Shown piece after piece: positions 56,847 through 64,000 of a stretch of 64,000 nt of DNA. The stretch lies in IMG/VR virus record IMGVR_UViG_3300045988_052780. One strand, 5' to 3'. Below the pieces are notes generated by a model, which had not been told where the DNA came from, did no database searches, and was given only the letters and a program-made list of their open reading frames with translations. Source of the stretch: a virus. Both the position numbers and the translations under genes were made by a program. Within the stretch, counting starts at the first letter, position 1. Each line of letters starts with the position of its first letter.

Positions 56847-57426
56847 ATTTCTTTGGACGTGTGCTCTTAGCATTTAATCGTCCGTAATTCTCAGTTAAGC
56901 TGTGACAATTTGGACACAGTAACTGTAGATTGTCTTCTGAGTTGTTGGTAGCATCACCATCTATGTGGTGAACATGAAGTGGAGGTTCTCCTGTAATCGG
57001 GTGAATCTTATCCCACCCACAAACTTGGCACTTACGTTCATGCTTATCCATGAGATAGTCCCTAATGTGTTTAGAAATGGAACGAGTTCCACACATGCCA
57101 GTTTCTTCACCTTCCTTCCATCTTCTAATGTACTCTTTATGTTTGTACTCGGCTTGACATACGTTGTTACAGTACTTAGTAGTACTGTTATGATTGCTTA
57201 ATTCTTTACCGCAATTTAAACAGACTCTAGTTACTAACTTCTTGCCCTTGTTAAAGGTTTCGTTAGCATTTATACTTCTTCGTTTAACTATGCTGATGTT
57301 AAGTCTCTTAGCAACCCTTCGTATGTTTGAGCCTGTACAGCCGTACATTCTACCAATCTCCTCATAAGACACTTTGTCTGTTAATATTAACCTTTCTAAG
57401 TTCTCTTTCTCTAAATTCCAGTCCAT
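56845..57426 (-). CDS. HNH homing endonuclease with N-terminal HTH
   Basis: HVHHIDGDATNNSEDNLQLLCPNCH is an HNH motif, with CLNCG...CNNVC and CQVCG Zn-binding pairs. The N-terminus has an HTH-like segment YEEIGRMYGCTGSNIRRVAKRL. Confidence 0.75.
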   Translation of the reverse strand: MDWNLEKENLERLILTDKVSYEEIGRMYGCTGSNIRRVAKRLNISIVKRRSINANETFNKGKKLVTRVCLNCGKELSNHNSTTKYCNNVCQAEYKHKEYIRRWKEGEETGMCGTRSISKHIRDYLMDKHERKCQVCGWDKIHPITGEPPLHVHHIDGDATNNSEDNLQLLCPNCHSLTENYGRLNAKSTRPKK

Positions 57427-57513
57427 TTGTATAACTCTTAATTGAATTACAAATGTAATGATTTTAGATAAAGAAACCTAGGAATTCGATTCTTATTAAG
57501 AATTATTAACAGT
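56847..57513 (-). mobile_element. intervening sequence of about 667 nt in the tRNA-CAT anticodon loop, carrying an HNH endonuclease ORF (group-I-intron-like)
   Basis: Separates the 5' half (ending CTCAT in the anticodon loop) from the 3' half of one tRNA. The ORF stop TAA at 56845..56847 abuts the 3' exon. Confidence 0.55.
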
Positions 57514-57550
57514 ATGAGTCGCACGCTCTAACCAGTTGAGCTATCTCGCC
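57514..57550 (-). tRNA. tRNA-Met/Ile2 (anticodon CAT), 5' exon
   Basis: GGCGAGA-TA-GCTC-AACTGGTTA-GAGC-G-TGCGA-CTCAT: canonical acceptor, D arm and anticodon 5' stem, with U33 and CAT at positions 34-36. Confidence 0.6.
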
Positions 57551-57671
57551 ATTAATAAGAACATAAAGCTCGTCGTGTTTACATCGTCACCAATGTAACC
57601 TTAATACCTCCCGTTTGCTTCACTGCCGGCTAGTCTGGCTTTGTCTCCTTATGTTCTTATGGATTTATAAG

Positions 57672-58475
57672 TTAACGATATTTATCGAATATGCTATCTG
57701 TAGCTTCAGTATCCCACATAGTAGCAATAATTGCTCCTATTTCATTTGCCTTAAAGACAATTGGATCCTCAAGCTGACGTTTTCTAGCCTCTTCTTTACC
57801 TGAATACATTCTGATAGTTATATTATCTGTCATAGTATCATAGGGAGCTGCTATACACCAGTCACTGTCATTTAAGGTAAGTGGACTGAAGCTTACACTG
57901 TCCTCAACTTCTGGGTGTCCTATAGCACGCATATATTGCCATCCAGAAGAGATATCGTCCACTACAAACGGGAATCTTGAGAAGTATTCAACGATTTCAT
58001 TTACTATACTCTTTGGCATATCGGAATCTATATCTATTCTAGGAACCCATTGCATGTTATTAATATTCCTTATTTTACGCAATTCCTCTCCGGCCTTTAC
58101 AATAGCTTCAATGTTCTCTTCAGGGATAACTCCCTTATAAGTTGAAATGGGACCACAAGCTAAGTTGTACTTCTTCAATACTTTAAAGAAATCATCATAA
58201 GGAACTATCATACAAGAGGGACTAACTTTCTTGATTCTGTCAATAAGAGAGGCAATTTCATCTCTAGATTTACTAGAACCTTTAGCAGTTAATAGAGTAC
58301 GAAGTACTTCAGCATTCTTAGTTCTACCTAATCCATTAGCTTCCAGCTTAGCAATCTGAGCTTTAATATCTTCTGTCTTATCGACATTCTGCCCTTCCAA
58401 GTATTTCTTACAATACTCCATAGAAGCAACTACTAGGGCATTACGTAGAGCTTCTGCATTCAAATTATTTACCAT
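57672..58475 (-). CDS. hypothetical protein, paralog family B member 2
   Basis: Paralog of 52523..53344 (see that entry). Confidence 0.5.
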   Translation of the reverse strand: MVNNLNAEALRNALVVASMEYCKKYLEGQNVDKTEDIKAQIAKLEANGLGRTKNAEVLRTLLTAKGSSKSRDEIASLIDRIKKVSPSCMIVPYDDFFKVLKKYNLACGPISTYKGVIPEENIEAIVKAGEELRKIRNINNMQWVPRIDIDSDMPKSIVNEIVEYFSRFPFVVDDISSGWQYMRAIGHPEVEDSVSFSPLTLNDSDWCIAAPYDTMTDNITIRMYSGKEEARKRQLEDPIVFKANEIGAIIATMWDTEATDSIFDKYR

Positions 58476-58938
58476 TGTTATGACTTATTATACTAGTTAT
58501 ATAACGCACACTATACACTATGAACGAACAGCCACTACTTCCAGTTACTAAGAGTAAGAGTACACATATAAGCTGATTGTGCCAAGGTCCGTACTCGGTT
58601 CTAGATATATTAAAATAGAATGTATTCTTAACACCATTAATAATAGCCCTATTCCAGGTTGGAGTGTCTACGGCTAGCTTAAATGTGTTATTAAACCCTT
58701 CAGCTTGTAATACAAGTTTATTTACCTTCTTAGTAGTAGAATTACCATCTTGTGTAATAGTTTCATCCTCTACTATTCTGTCTATGACTTTGCATTTAAC
58801 TCTGTGGTCAACATTCATATCATGCCAGAACTGAGTAGTATATACTTTAATACATAAACATAGTATTAACAAAGCTACTATTGCAATCCTTCCTGAAACC
58901 TTTTCAATTTCAGGTCTTAAGTCAATTATTGTTGGCAT
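58465..58938 (-). CDS. membrane protein
   Basis: 157 aa with two hydrophobic helices (IAIVALLILCLCIKVY, LICVLLLLVTGSSG). Confidence 0.4.
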   Translation of the reverse strand: MPTIIDLRPEIEKVSGRIAIVALLILCLCIKVYTTQFWHDMNVDHRVKCKVIDRIVEDETITQDGNSTTKKVNKLVLQAEGFNNTFKLAVDTPTWNRAIINGVKNTFYFNISRTEYGPWHNQLICVLLLLVTGSSGCSFIVYSVRYITSIISHNNGK

Positions 58939-59120
58939 CTTTTACACTTAATAATTGCGTTGCTGTATTCAGTCCTAATTCATATGCTTCAGCAATCAAT
59001 ACCACTGCATCGGCTAATGTAAGCTTGTTATTATTTGCTTCAGCAAACTCACCTGCTTCTTCAAAGATTTCTTTCAAATTATCTGCCATAATTAAATAAG
59101 TTTTAAAGTTACTACTCTAG

Positions 59121-59201
59121 TAGGGTAGGAGAGACTCGAACTCTCACACCCGAAGGCATCAGTGCCTAAAACTGACGTGTCTACCATTCCACCACTACCC
59201 C
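59121..59201 (-). tRNA. tRNA-Leu (anticodon TAG), type II
   Basis: Acceptor GGGGTAG/CTACCCT, 3 bp D stem GTG/CAC with loop GAATGGTAGA, perfect anticodon stem TCAGT/ACTGA with loop TTTAGGC (G37), 13 nt variable hairpin TGCCTTCGGGTGT, perfect T arm GAGAG-TTCGAGT-CTCTC. 81 nt. Confidence 0.75.
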
Positions 59202-59202
59202 A

Positions 59203-59445
59203 TTACCGTTTTAATAATTTAATGAACTCATCTTCATTCCCCTTGTAGTATTGCTGAAGATATGCTATATATACAGCTTCATTCTTAACTATTTGAGGGA
59301 ATTTATTCTCAAACTCAATTACTCTCTCTTCTCCAACTACGCTAACATGAAAGCCTCTAGCATCATTACTAGGACTGCATAGCAACATAAATAAAATAAC
59401 TATTAGATACTTCATTATAAATAAAAGAAAGAGGAGTGTTGCCAC
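59203..59445 (-). CDS. small secreted/membrane protein
   Basis: 80 aa with an N-terminal hydrophobic signal-like segment. Confidence 0.35.
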   Translation of the reverse strand: MATLLFLLFIMKYLIVILFMLLCSPSNDARGFHVSVVGEERVIEFENKFPQIVKNEAVYIAYLQQYYKGNEDEFIKLLKR

Positions 59446-59475
59446 TCCCTTTCTAGTTTTAACCCAAAGTCAGTG

Positions 59476-60915
59476 TTAATCTTTAAAGTCGTTACGACTA
59501 TATTCGAAATAAGTTTCACACATCTTTAAAGTCGTTTCAATCTTATCGGCTCCAAGCAATCCTATTAACCCAGCGGCTAATTTATCAGCAGGAGTTTCGA
59601 TAACAGCTTTCTTAGAAGCAAGACCAACTTGACGTTGATAGGATTCAACACTGGTTTTAATATGGAACGACGTTACATGGGTCTCTTCAGTAAAGATAAG
59701 CTTAGACTTAGTAGATTCTACAATTTCAGCCATAAATGCCGGAGCAATCTGTGCTTTAGCAATGTAGTTACATACATCTGACAAGTCGTCGTCTACGCTA
59801 TAACCTTCAGCTTCGGAGAATGTTTCACGAATAAACCTTTCAGCTGTTTCAGCATCAAGACAATCCATAGTAATCACAGAACCAATTCTTTTACCTCTTA
59901 AGAAGGTAGGTTCAATCAGCTCAATATGATTAGTAGTAAATAAAGTGATTACGTTCATATCTTTGGTATCGCCACCATCCAAAGTATTCAGAATATCCTG
60001 CATTGCAGAATCTCTGTTACCTCTAGTTACCTGGTCAATATCCTCTACAAAGACAATAACACCATGACCTGAACGGTCTACCACTTTACACATACGGAGA
60101 GTTTCAGCTAACAGAGAAGGGTCTTTTAGATATACGAATGACCATCCGTTGTTTACCGCATCTTTGGCCAGTTTAAATGCCAGTAGGGTCTTACCAGTAC
60201 CATATTTACCTTCCAGTAAGCAGCCATACTTCAAAGGAATACCCTTTGCAATACATTTCTCTGGGTACAAGATTCTTGAACGAAGCGGTTGCAGCTCAAA
60301 TTCTGTCTTCTTTGACAGAACCATAAACTGCTTATCGATACCGGCTAGAGTCATAATCTTCGGTTCACTCAGATTGGTAATTTCAAGTGCCTGGTTCTTA
60401 TAGATAGATTCAGTTGCGAGCAATTCTTTAGTTCTTTCAACAATATCATCAATAAGAGATTGGTACTTGAATTGGCACTGACCTTTAACCAATAGTAAAT
60501 GACGGTCGTTGTCATAGTTAATATTGATTTCAGAATCCTCACCAAGTTCTTCCAAAGAGATTTTACCAAAAGGTACTTTAGTACGAGAGCCATCAGCTAA
60601 GATAACATCTACGGTGTCAATATTACTGTTGCCGGAAGGACTCTTATCCTCCTTACTAACAGCAGAACCAAACACTTCATTGATAGCTCTATTCAGCTGA
60701 TACACGCCATCTGGTTTCCAACATAGGAGTGTGTACTTGAATGATGCCATCTTCTTAGACTGCTTGATTTCGCCTTCAATGAAGCCCAGAACGTCTGCAT
60801 ACTTCATATTACTTTGGCACACTTCGATGATTCTCTGTTTCTGAGATTCCTCGTACTTGTTAACTCTAGCTGCTATAGCAGCGGTGGTTCCTTGCGGAAT
60901 AATGTTCTTCGCCAT
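59476..60915 (-). CDS. AAA+ ATPase with about 200 aa N-terminal domain
   Basis: Walker A LEGKYGTGKTLLA, Walker B VIVFVEDIDQ, sensor-1 LFTTNH, Arg-finger region FLRGKRIG. Confidence 0.7.
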   Translation of the reverse strand: MAKNIIPQGTTAAIAARVNKYEESQKQRIIEVCQSNMKYADVLGFIEGEIKQSKKMASFKYTLLCWKPDGVYQLNRAINEVFGSAVSKEDKSPSGNSNIDTVDVILADGSRTKVPFGKISLEELGEDSEININYDNDRHLLLVKGQCQFKYQSLIDDIVERTKELLATESIYKNQALEITNLSEPKIMTLAGIDKQFMVLSKKTEFELQPLRSRILYPEKCIAKGIPLKYGCLLEGKYGTGKTLLAFKLAKDAVNNGWSFVYLKDPSLLAETLRMCKVVDRSGHGVIVFVEDIDQVTRGNRDSAMQDILNTLDGGDTKDMNVITLFTTNHIELIEPTFLRGKRIGSVITMDCLDAETAERFIRETFSEAEGYSVDDDLSDVCNYIAKAQIAPAFMAEIVESTKSKLIFTEETHVTSFHIKTSVESYQRQVGLASKKAVIETPADKLAAGLIGLLGADKIETTLKMCETYFEYSRNDFKD

Positions 60916-61181
60916 TACTTGTTAGGTTTATTAATCTTATTTACTTCCTTAATAATTGCCTCGCAATTCTCTCTGGTTGTAGTTAAACAACCTAATTGAA
61001 TAATTGAACCATCTTGAGTGATGGTAAGATTCTTATCATCAATTGTGGTTCTACATTCACTTCCCCTAATAATACTTTTAATCAATGGGTAGGGTAATGC
61101 AGTATTCTTACAGAATATTACATTCTTGCCTTCCACATAAATGACATCGTAGCCGTCAATGCTACCTACTACCTTCCTCAT
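60915..61181 (-). CDS. hypothetical protein
   Basis: 88 aa ORF. Confidence 0.35.
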   Translation of the reverse strand: MRKVVGSIDGYDVIYVEGKNVIFCKNTALPYPLIKSIIRGSECRTTIDDKNLTITQDGSIIQLGCLTTTRENCEAIIKEVNKINKPNK

Positions 61182-61205
61182 AAAAGATTCTTATCATCAA
61201 TTGTG

Positions 61206-61279
61206 TGGGCCCAGCCAGACTTGAACTGACAACCTCAACATTACGAGTGTTTTGCTCTAACCAATTGAGCTATGAGCCC
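61206..61279 (-). tRNA. tRNA-Thr (anticodon CGT)
   Basis: Acceptor GGGCTCA/TGGGCCC, D arm GCTC-AATTGGTTA-GAGC, anticodon stem AAACA/TGTTG (one mismatch at 27-43) with loop CTCGTAA, T arm GTCAG-TTCAAGT-CTGGC. 74 nt. Confidence 0.7.
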
Positions 61280-61361
61280 TTAATTCTTTAAGACTAACAC
61301 AATTAATAGTAAGGTCTTATTAATAACAAACTCATTAACATATTAAAATCATAATTAGTAG

Positions 61362-61432
61362 TTGGACCACCAGGATTCGAACCTGGACAAACAGAACCAA
61401 AACCTGTTGTGCTGCCGTTACACCATAGTCCA
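61362..61432 (-). tRNA. tRNA-Gln (anticodon TTG)
   Basis: Acceptor TGGACTA/TGGTCCA, D stem GTGT/GCAC, anticodon stem ACAGG/TCTGT with loop TTTTGGT, T arm CCAGG-TTCGAAT-CCTGG. 71 nt. Confidence 0.65.
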
Positions 61433-61447
61433 ATTACTAAGGGAATA

Positions 61448-62494
61448 CTATGACTCCCTTACATACTCTTCATAAATATACAGTTCAAAGTTAGGTCTTA
61501 TAAACATATCTTTGTCTGTAGCTTCGTCCCAATGAGTAACTATAACCTTCTTGCGAACGTTATGGCTAAACATAGAATCAATATTGAGACTATGCCTAAA
61601 CAAAACTGGATCAAACTCTATAGCCCGGAAAGATTTCTGAAAGTCGTTAAATTGGTTGTTGGGGTCTACAACAGGTCTAACTGGCTTATCAGAAGGAAAC
61701 GGACCGTTACCATGACGCGTTATGTATGGTCTAGTAACGTAATTAACCGTAACGGTGTCATTACATCCAATTTGTTTTAGTATTCGATGAGCATTCTGTG
61801 ATGTTGTATTAGATGGAGTGCAATGGGGCATTATTCCGAATCTTTGGTCTAATAATATACCTTGAGAACCTTCAAAGATAAGATTGTCGTAATCTTCCCA
61901 TATAGCTTCTAAGGTACTTACTTGGACAGTGTTGAAATATGCATTCACAGTTCTGCACCAATTATCCAAGTCAATTGATGGATATACACTATTCATGTGA
62001 TAATAGTTGTCTGCTATTGCATTAACTTTCTCCCTAAGAATATGTATATTCAAGCAATCTATAACCATAAGATTATACCCCGACTTCACTCGGTCTAAAC
62101 ACGTTTTAAAACCAGTCCCTACAGTACCATGACGTAGATTTACTACGTCACTTACTTGGGAATAGACGTCGAATGGTACTATGACTTGACATAATGGATT
62201 ATAAATAATTTTAGGAGTAATACCTAATTTCTTTAAATCCATTGCTTCAAGTGTAGAGGTTACTGGGTCTACAGTACAGTATTCAGACCAATATGTAGGC
62301 ACTCCTAGCAAGGTTCCACTTCCAAAGTTACTAAATGTGTGCATAAGGTCTCCGTATTTAACAGTATGGCCAACTTGATGTCCACCACTAAACCTTATTA
62401 CAAGTGAGTTCTCTGGATTCTTAGCACATATATTATGTACCGTCTGTCCCTTACCTTCATCGCCCATAAATGAGCCTAACACTATACTAATCAT
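61448..62494 (-). CDS. adenylosuccinate synthetase homolog, short form (PurA/PurZ-like); start moved to Met37 of the track ORF
   Basis: GSFMGDEGKGQTV P-loop and FSGGHQVGHTV match the PurA GDEGKGK / GGxNAGHT blocks. At about 348 aa it lacks roughly 80 aa relative to bacterial PurA. ATG at 62494..62492 leaves a 4 nt gap after the upstream vWA gene instead of a 104 nt overlap. Confidence 0.6.
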   Translation of the reverse strand: MISIVLGSFMGDEGKGQTVHNICAKNPENSLVIRFSGGHQVGHTVKYGDLMHTFSNFGSGTLLGVPTYWSEYCTVDPVTSTLEAMDLKKLGITPKIIYNPLCQVIVPFDVYSQVSDVVNLRHGTVGTGFKTCLDRVKSGYNLMVIDCLNIHILREKVNAIADNYYHMNSVYPSIDLDNWCRTVNAYFNTVQVSTLEAIWEDYDNLIFEGSQGILLDQRFGIMPHCTPSNTTSQNAHRILKQIGCNDTVTVNYVTRPYITRHGNGPFPSDKPVRPVVDPNNQFNDFQKSFRAIEFDPVLFRHSLNIDSMFSHNVRKKVIVTHWDEATDKDMFIRPNFELYIYEEYVRES

Positions 62495-62498
62495 GATT

Positions 62499-63419
62499 TT
62501 AATAGAAATTTTGTTTGTCTTCGGTAGTTGTACTACTAGAAGCATCACTAGGAGTTTCTGCATACACAGGCTCCTCGTAATTGTCTTTAATTGCTTTAGC
62601 AATTACTTTATCCACTTCATCAGATTTGCACATTAGTACATTCTGTCCAAGTAGATTCTTCCAAGATTCAGCCACCCTTGTGCCATAACTGGCATTAGTA
62701 ATGTGAATGTGGAATACATGGTACTGCTCTTGTGCTTTCAGAATTGCTTCATTAGCACTAATAGAACCAGCACCTTTTTGATACCCTAGAATTTCAGTCA
62801 AACTGTTACCTGGGATTCCTTGTAGATTAGGTTCATCACCAATAGTAAACAAGAATCCTTTAGTGTGTCTTTTGAACCAAGAATCGGTTTCAGTGTGATA
62901 TCCTGCAACTATGTGAGCTAATAAATAGCTCTCACCTGCATTACCACCACCTCCACCTTCTATTACTAAGGACTCTAATGAATTTAGAATCTTCTCAGTA
63001 TCAGATTCAAACTGTCCAACCTGAATAGGATATCTATCGAATTCGTGGTCTCCAACTGCCATAAACAACAATTGAGGATCACGTACTCCCATTTGCATGA
63101 CAGAATCCATAATCTTAGGTAAATGGTTCTTAATCATTTCATAAGGAGTATTCATCATTGAACCAGTAACATCTAGTGCAATGATTATCGGAGTAGAGTA
63201 TGGATGTTCTTGAGAGTCACGACACTCACGAACTCCAACATTGACCATTTCAGCTTTAACTTGAGTATTAAAGCTACGTGCATTTACATTAAATGACGCT
63301 GCTGTATTACTAGCATTTACTGAAATGTTCTTAAAGAGCTGGTCACGCGATGCTTTAGCATATCCTCTATCATCGGATAAAGTTCTATAAGCAATACTAC
63401 TGTAAACACCACTTCCCAT
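62499..63419 (-). CDS. von Willebrand factor A (vWA) domain protein
   Basis: MIDAS motif IIIALDVTGSM (DxSxS). Paired with the AAA+ ATPase two genes upstream, as in MoxR/CobST-type systems. Confidence 0.6.
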   Translation of the reverse strand: MGSGVYSSIAYRTLSDDRGYAKASRDQLFKNISVNASNTAASFNVNARSFNTQVKAEMVNVGVRECRDSQEHPYSTPIIIALDVTGSMMNTPYEMIKNHLPKIMDSVMQMGVRDPQLLFMAVGDHEFDRYPIQVGQFESDTEKILNSLESLVIEGGGGGNAGESYLLAHIVAGYHTETDSWFKRHTKGFLFTIGDEPNLQGIPGNSLTEILGYQKGAGSISANEAILKAQEQYHVFHIHITNASYGTRVAESWKNLLGQNVLMCKSDEVDKVIAKAIKDNYEEPVYAETPSDASSSTTTEDKQNFY

Positions 63420-63421
63420 GA

Positions 63422-63802
63422 TTAATTATCTAATGGGTTAGTAATGTCTCCTTTTACATCATCCAAATTAATGGATTCTGTTGCATCAGCAGGAAATTCT
63501 TCTTCGTCTACCTGCATGGCTAGAGCAAGTTCAATCTTTGCAACACGCAGTTTACGTGCCAATTCATGTCTTGTTTTTACCCATTCAGCCGGATTCAGAT
63601 TCTCTCCCGGATTCAAAGAGTCTCTTGATTTAACGGCAAGATCATTATGCTTATTGATTTCTCCCTGAATACGGAGTACTTTCAACTTGCAGTCCTGAAC
63701 GAATCTGTCTTCTTCAATTTTAGTCAATTCATACAGATTCTGTGCTCTTGCATCAAGTACACTCTGACCACTCTTACTCAATTTCTCTTTAAAACTGCTC
63801 AT
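63422..63802 (-). CDS. hypothetical coiled-coil protein
   Basis: 126 aa ORF. Confidence 0.35.
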   Translation of the reverse strand: MSSFKEKLSKSGQSVLDARAQNLYELTKIEEDRFVQDCKLKVLRIQGEINKHNDLAVKSRDSLNPGENLNPAEWVKTRHELARKLRVAKIELALAMQVDEEEFPADATESINLDDVKGDITNPLDN

Positions 63803-63884
63803 TTACATTTCACTTTAACATGTTAACTTCATAAGCATCTCTGTGTGTTAAAAATAATCTAACAATAGCCTAAGACTATCATCG

Positions 63885-63957
63885 AGCCTCCTACCGGAAT
63901 CGAACCGATAACCTATCGCTTACAAGACGATTGCTCTGCCAGTTGAGCTAAGGAGGC
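63885..63957 (-). tRNA. tRNA-Thr (anticodon TGT)
   Basis: Perfect acceptor GCCTCCT/AGGAGGC, D arm GCTC-AACTGGCA-GAGC, anticodon stem ATCGT/GCGAT with loop CTTGTAA, T arm ATCGG-TTCGATT-CCGGT. 73 nt. Confidence 0.75.
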
Positions 63958-64000
63958 AATTTCAGAAGACTTTGATATAAAACTATACTGCTGTAGTCTT

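Noticed and set aside
1-64000. CRISPR array, integrase/att sites, rRNA, transposase
   Set aside because: No regularly spaced direct repeats, no tyrosine/serine recombinase motifs and no rRNA-like sequence were seen. The homing endonucleases are intron/tRNA-associated rather than IS elements.

Overview
This 64 kb window looks like a contiguous early/middle-gene region of a large, AT-rich, virulent dsDNA phage. Every supported gene, about 120 CDS and 8 or 9 tRNA genes, is on the minus strand, and ORFs are tiled with 1-10 nt overlaps. No integrase, att site, CRISPR array or rRNA was seen. The recognisable genes are: (i) a complete four-step Preiss-Handler NAD+ salvage operon (pncA, pncB, nadD, nadE) at 1-3.6 kb; (ii) nucleotide metabolism (ThyX, dUTPase, 5'-nucleotidase, NrdD/NrdG, two calcineurin-like phosphoesterases, a CYTH triphosphatase); (iii) a replication/recombination module (family-A DNA polymerase with 3'-5' exonuclease, DnaB-like helicase, TOPRIM primase, Dda-like SF1 helicase, SF2 helicase, a Sak4-like ATPase with an SSB candidate, an Hjc-like resolvase, RNase H, an ATP-dependent ligase); (iv) a tRNA-repair set (T4-type Pnk, a CCA-adding-type nucleotidyltransferase, a KxHGT RNA ligase); (v) a tRNA cluster at 48.6-64 kb. 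Stand-out observations: nrdD is split into three exons by two group-I-like intervening sequences carrying HNH and GIY-YIG endonucleases. A tRNA-Met(CAT) gene is interrupted in its anticodon loop by a 667 nt insertion encoding another HNH endonuclease. A truncated PurA-like enzyme of about 348 aa sits next to an AAA+/vWA pair and could be PurZ-like (2-aminoadenine pathway). There are two small paralogous protein families, acidic DNA-mimic candidates, a ferritin-like protein, and a duplicated TAnnTTTG (Bacteroidetes-type -7) promoter element upstream of a probably highly expressed gene. All calls rest on motif recognition by eye. No database search was run.
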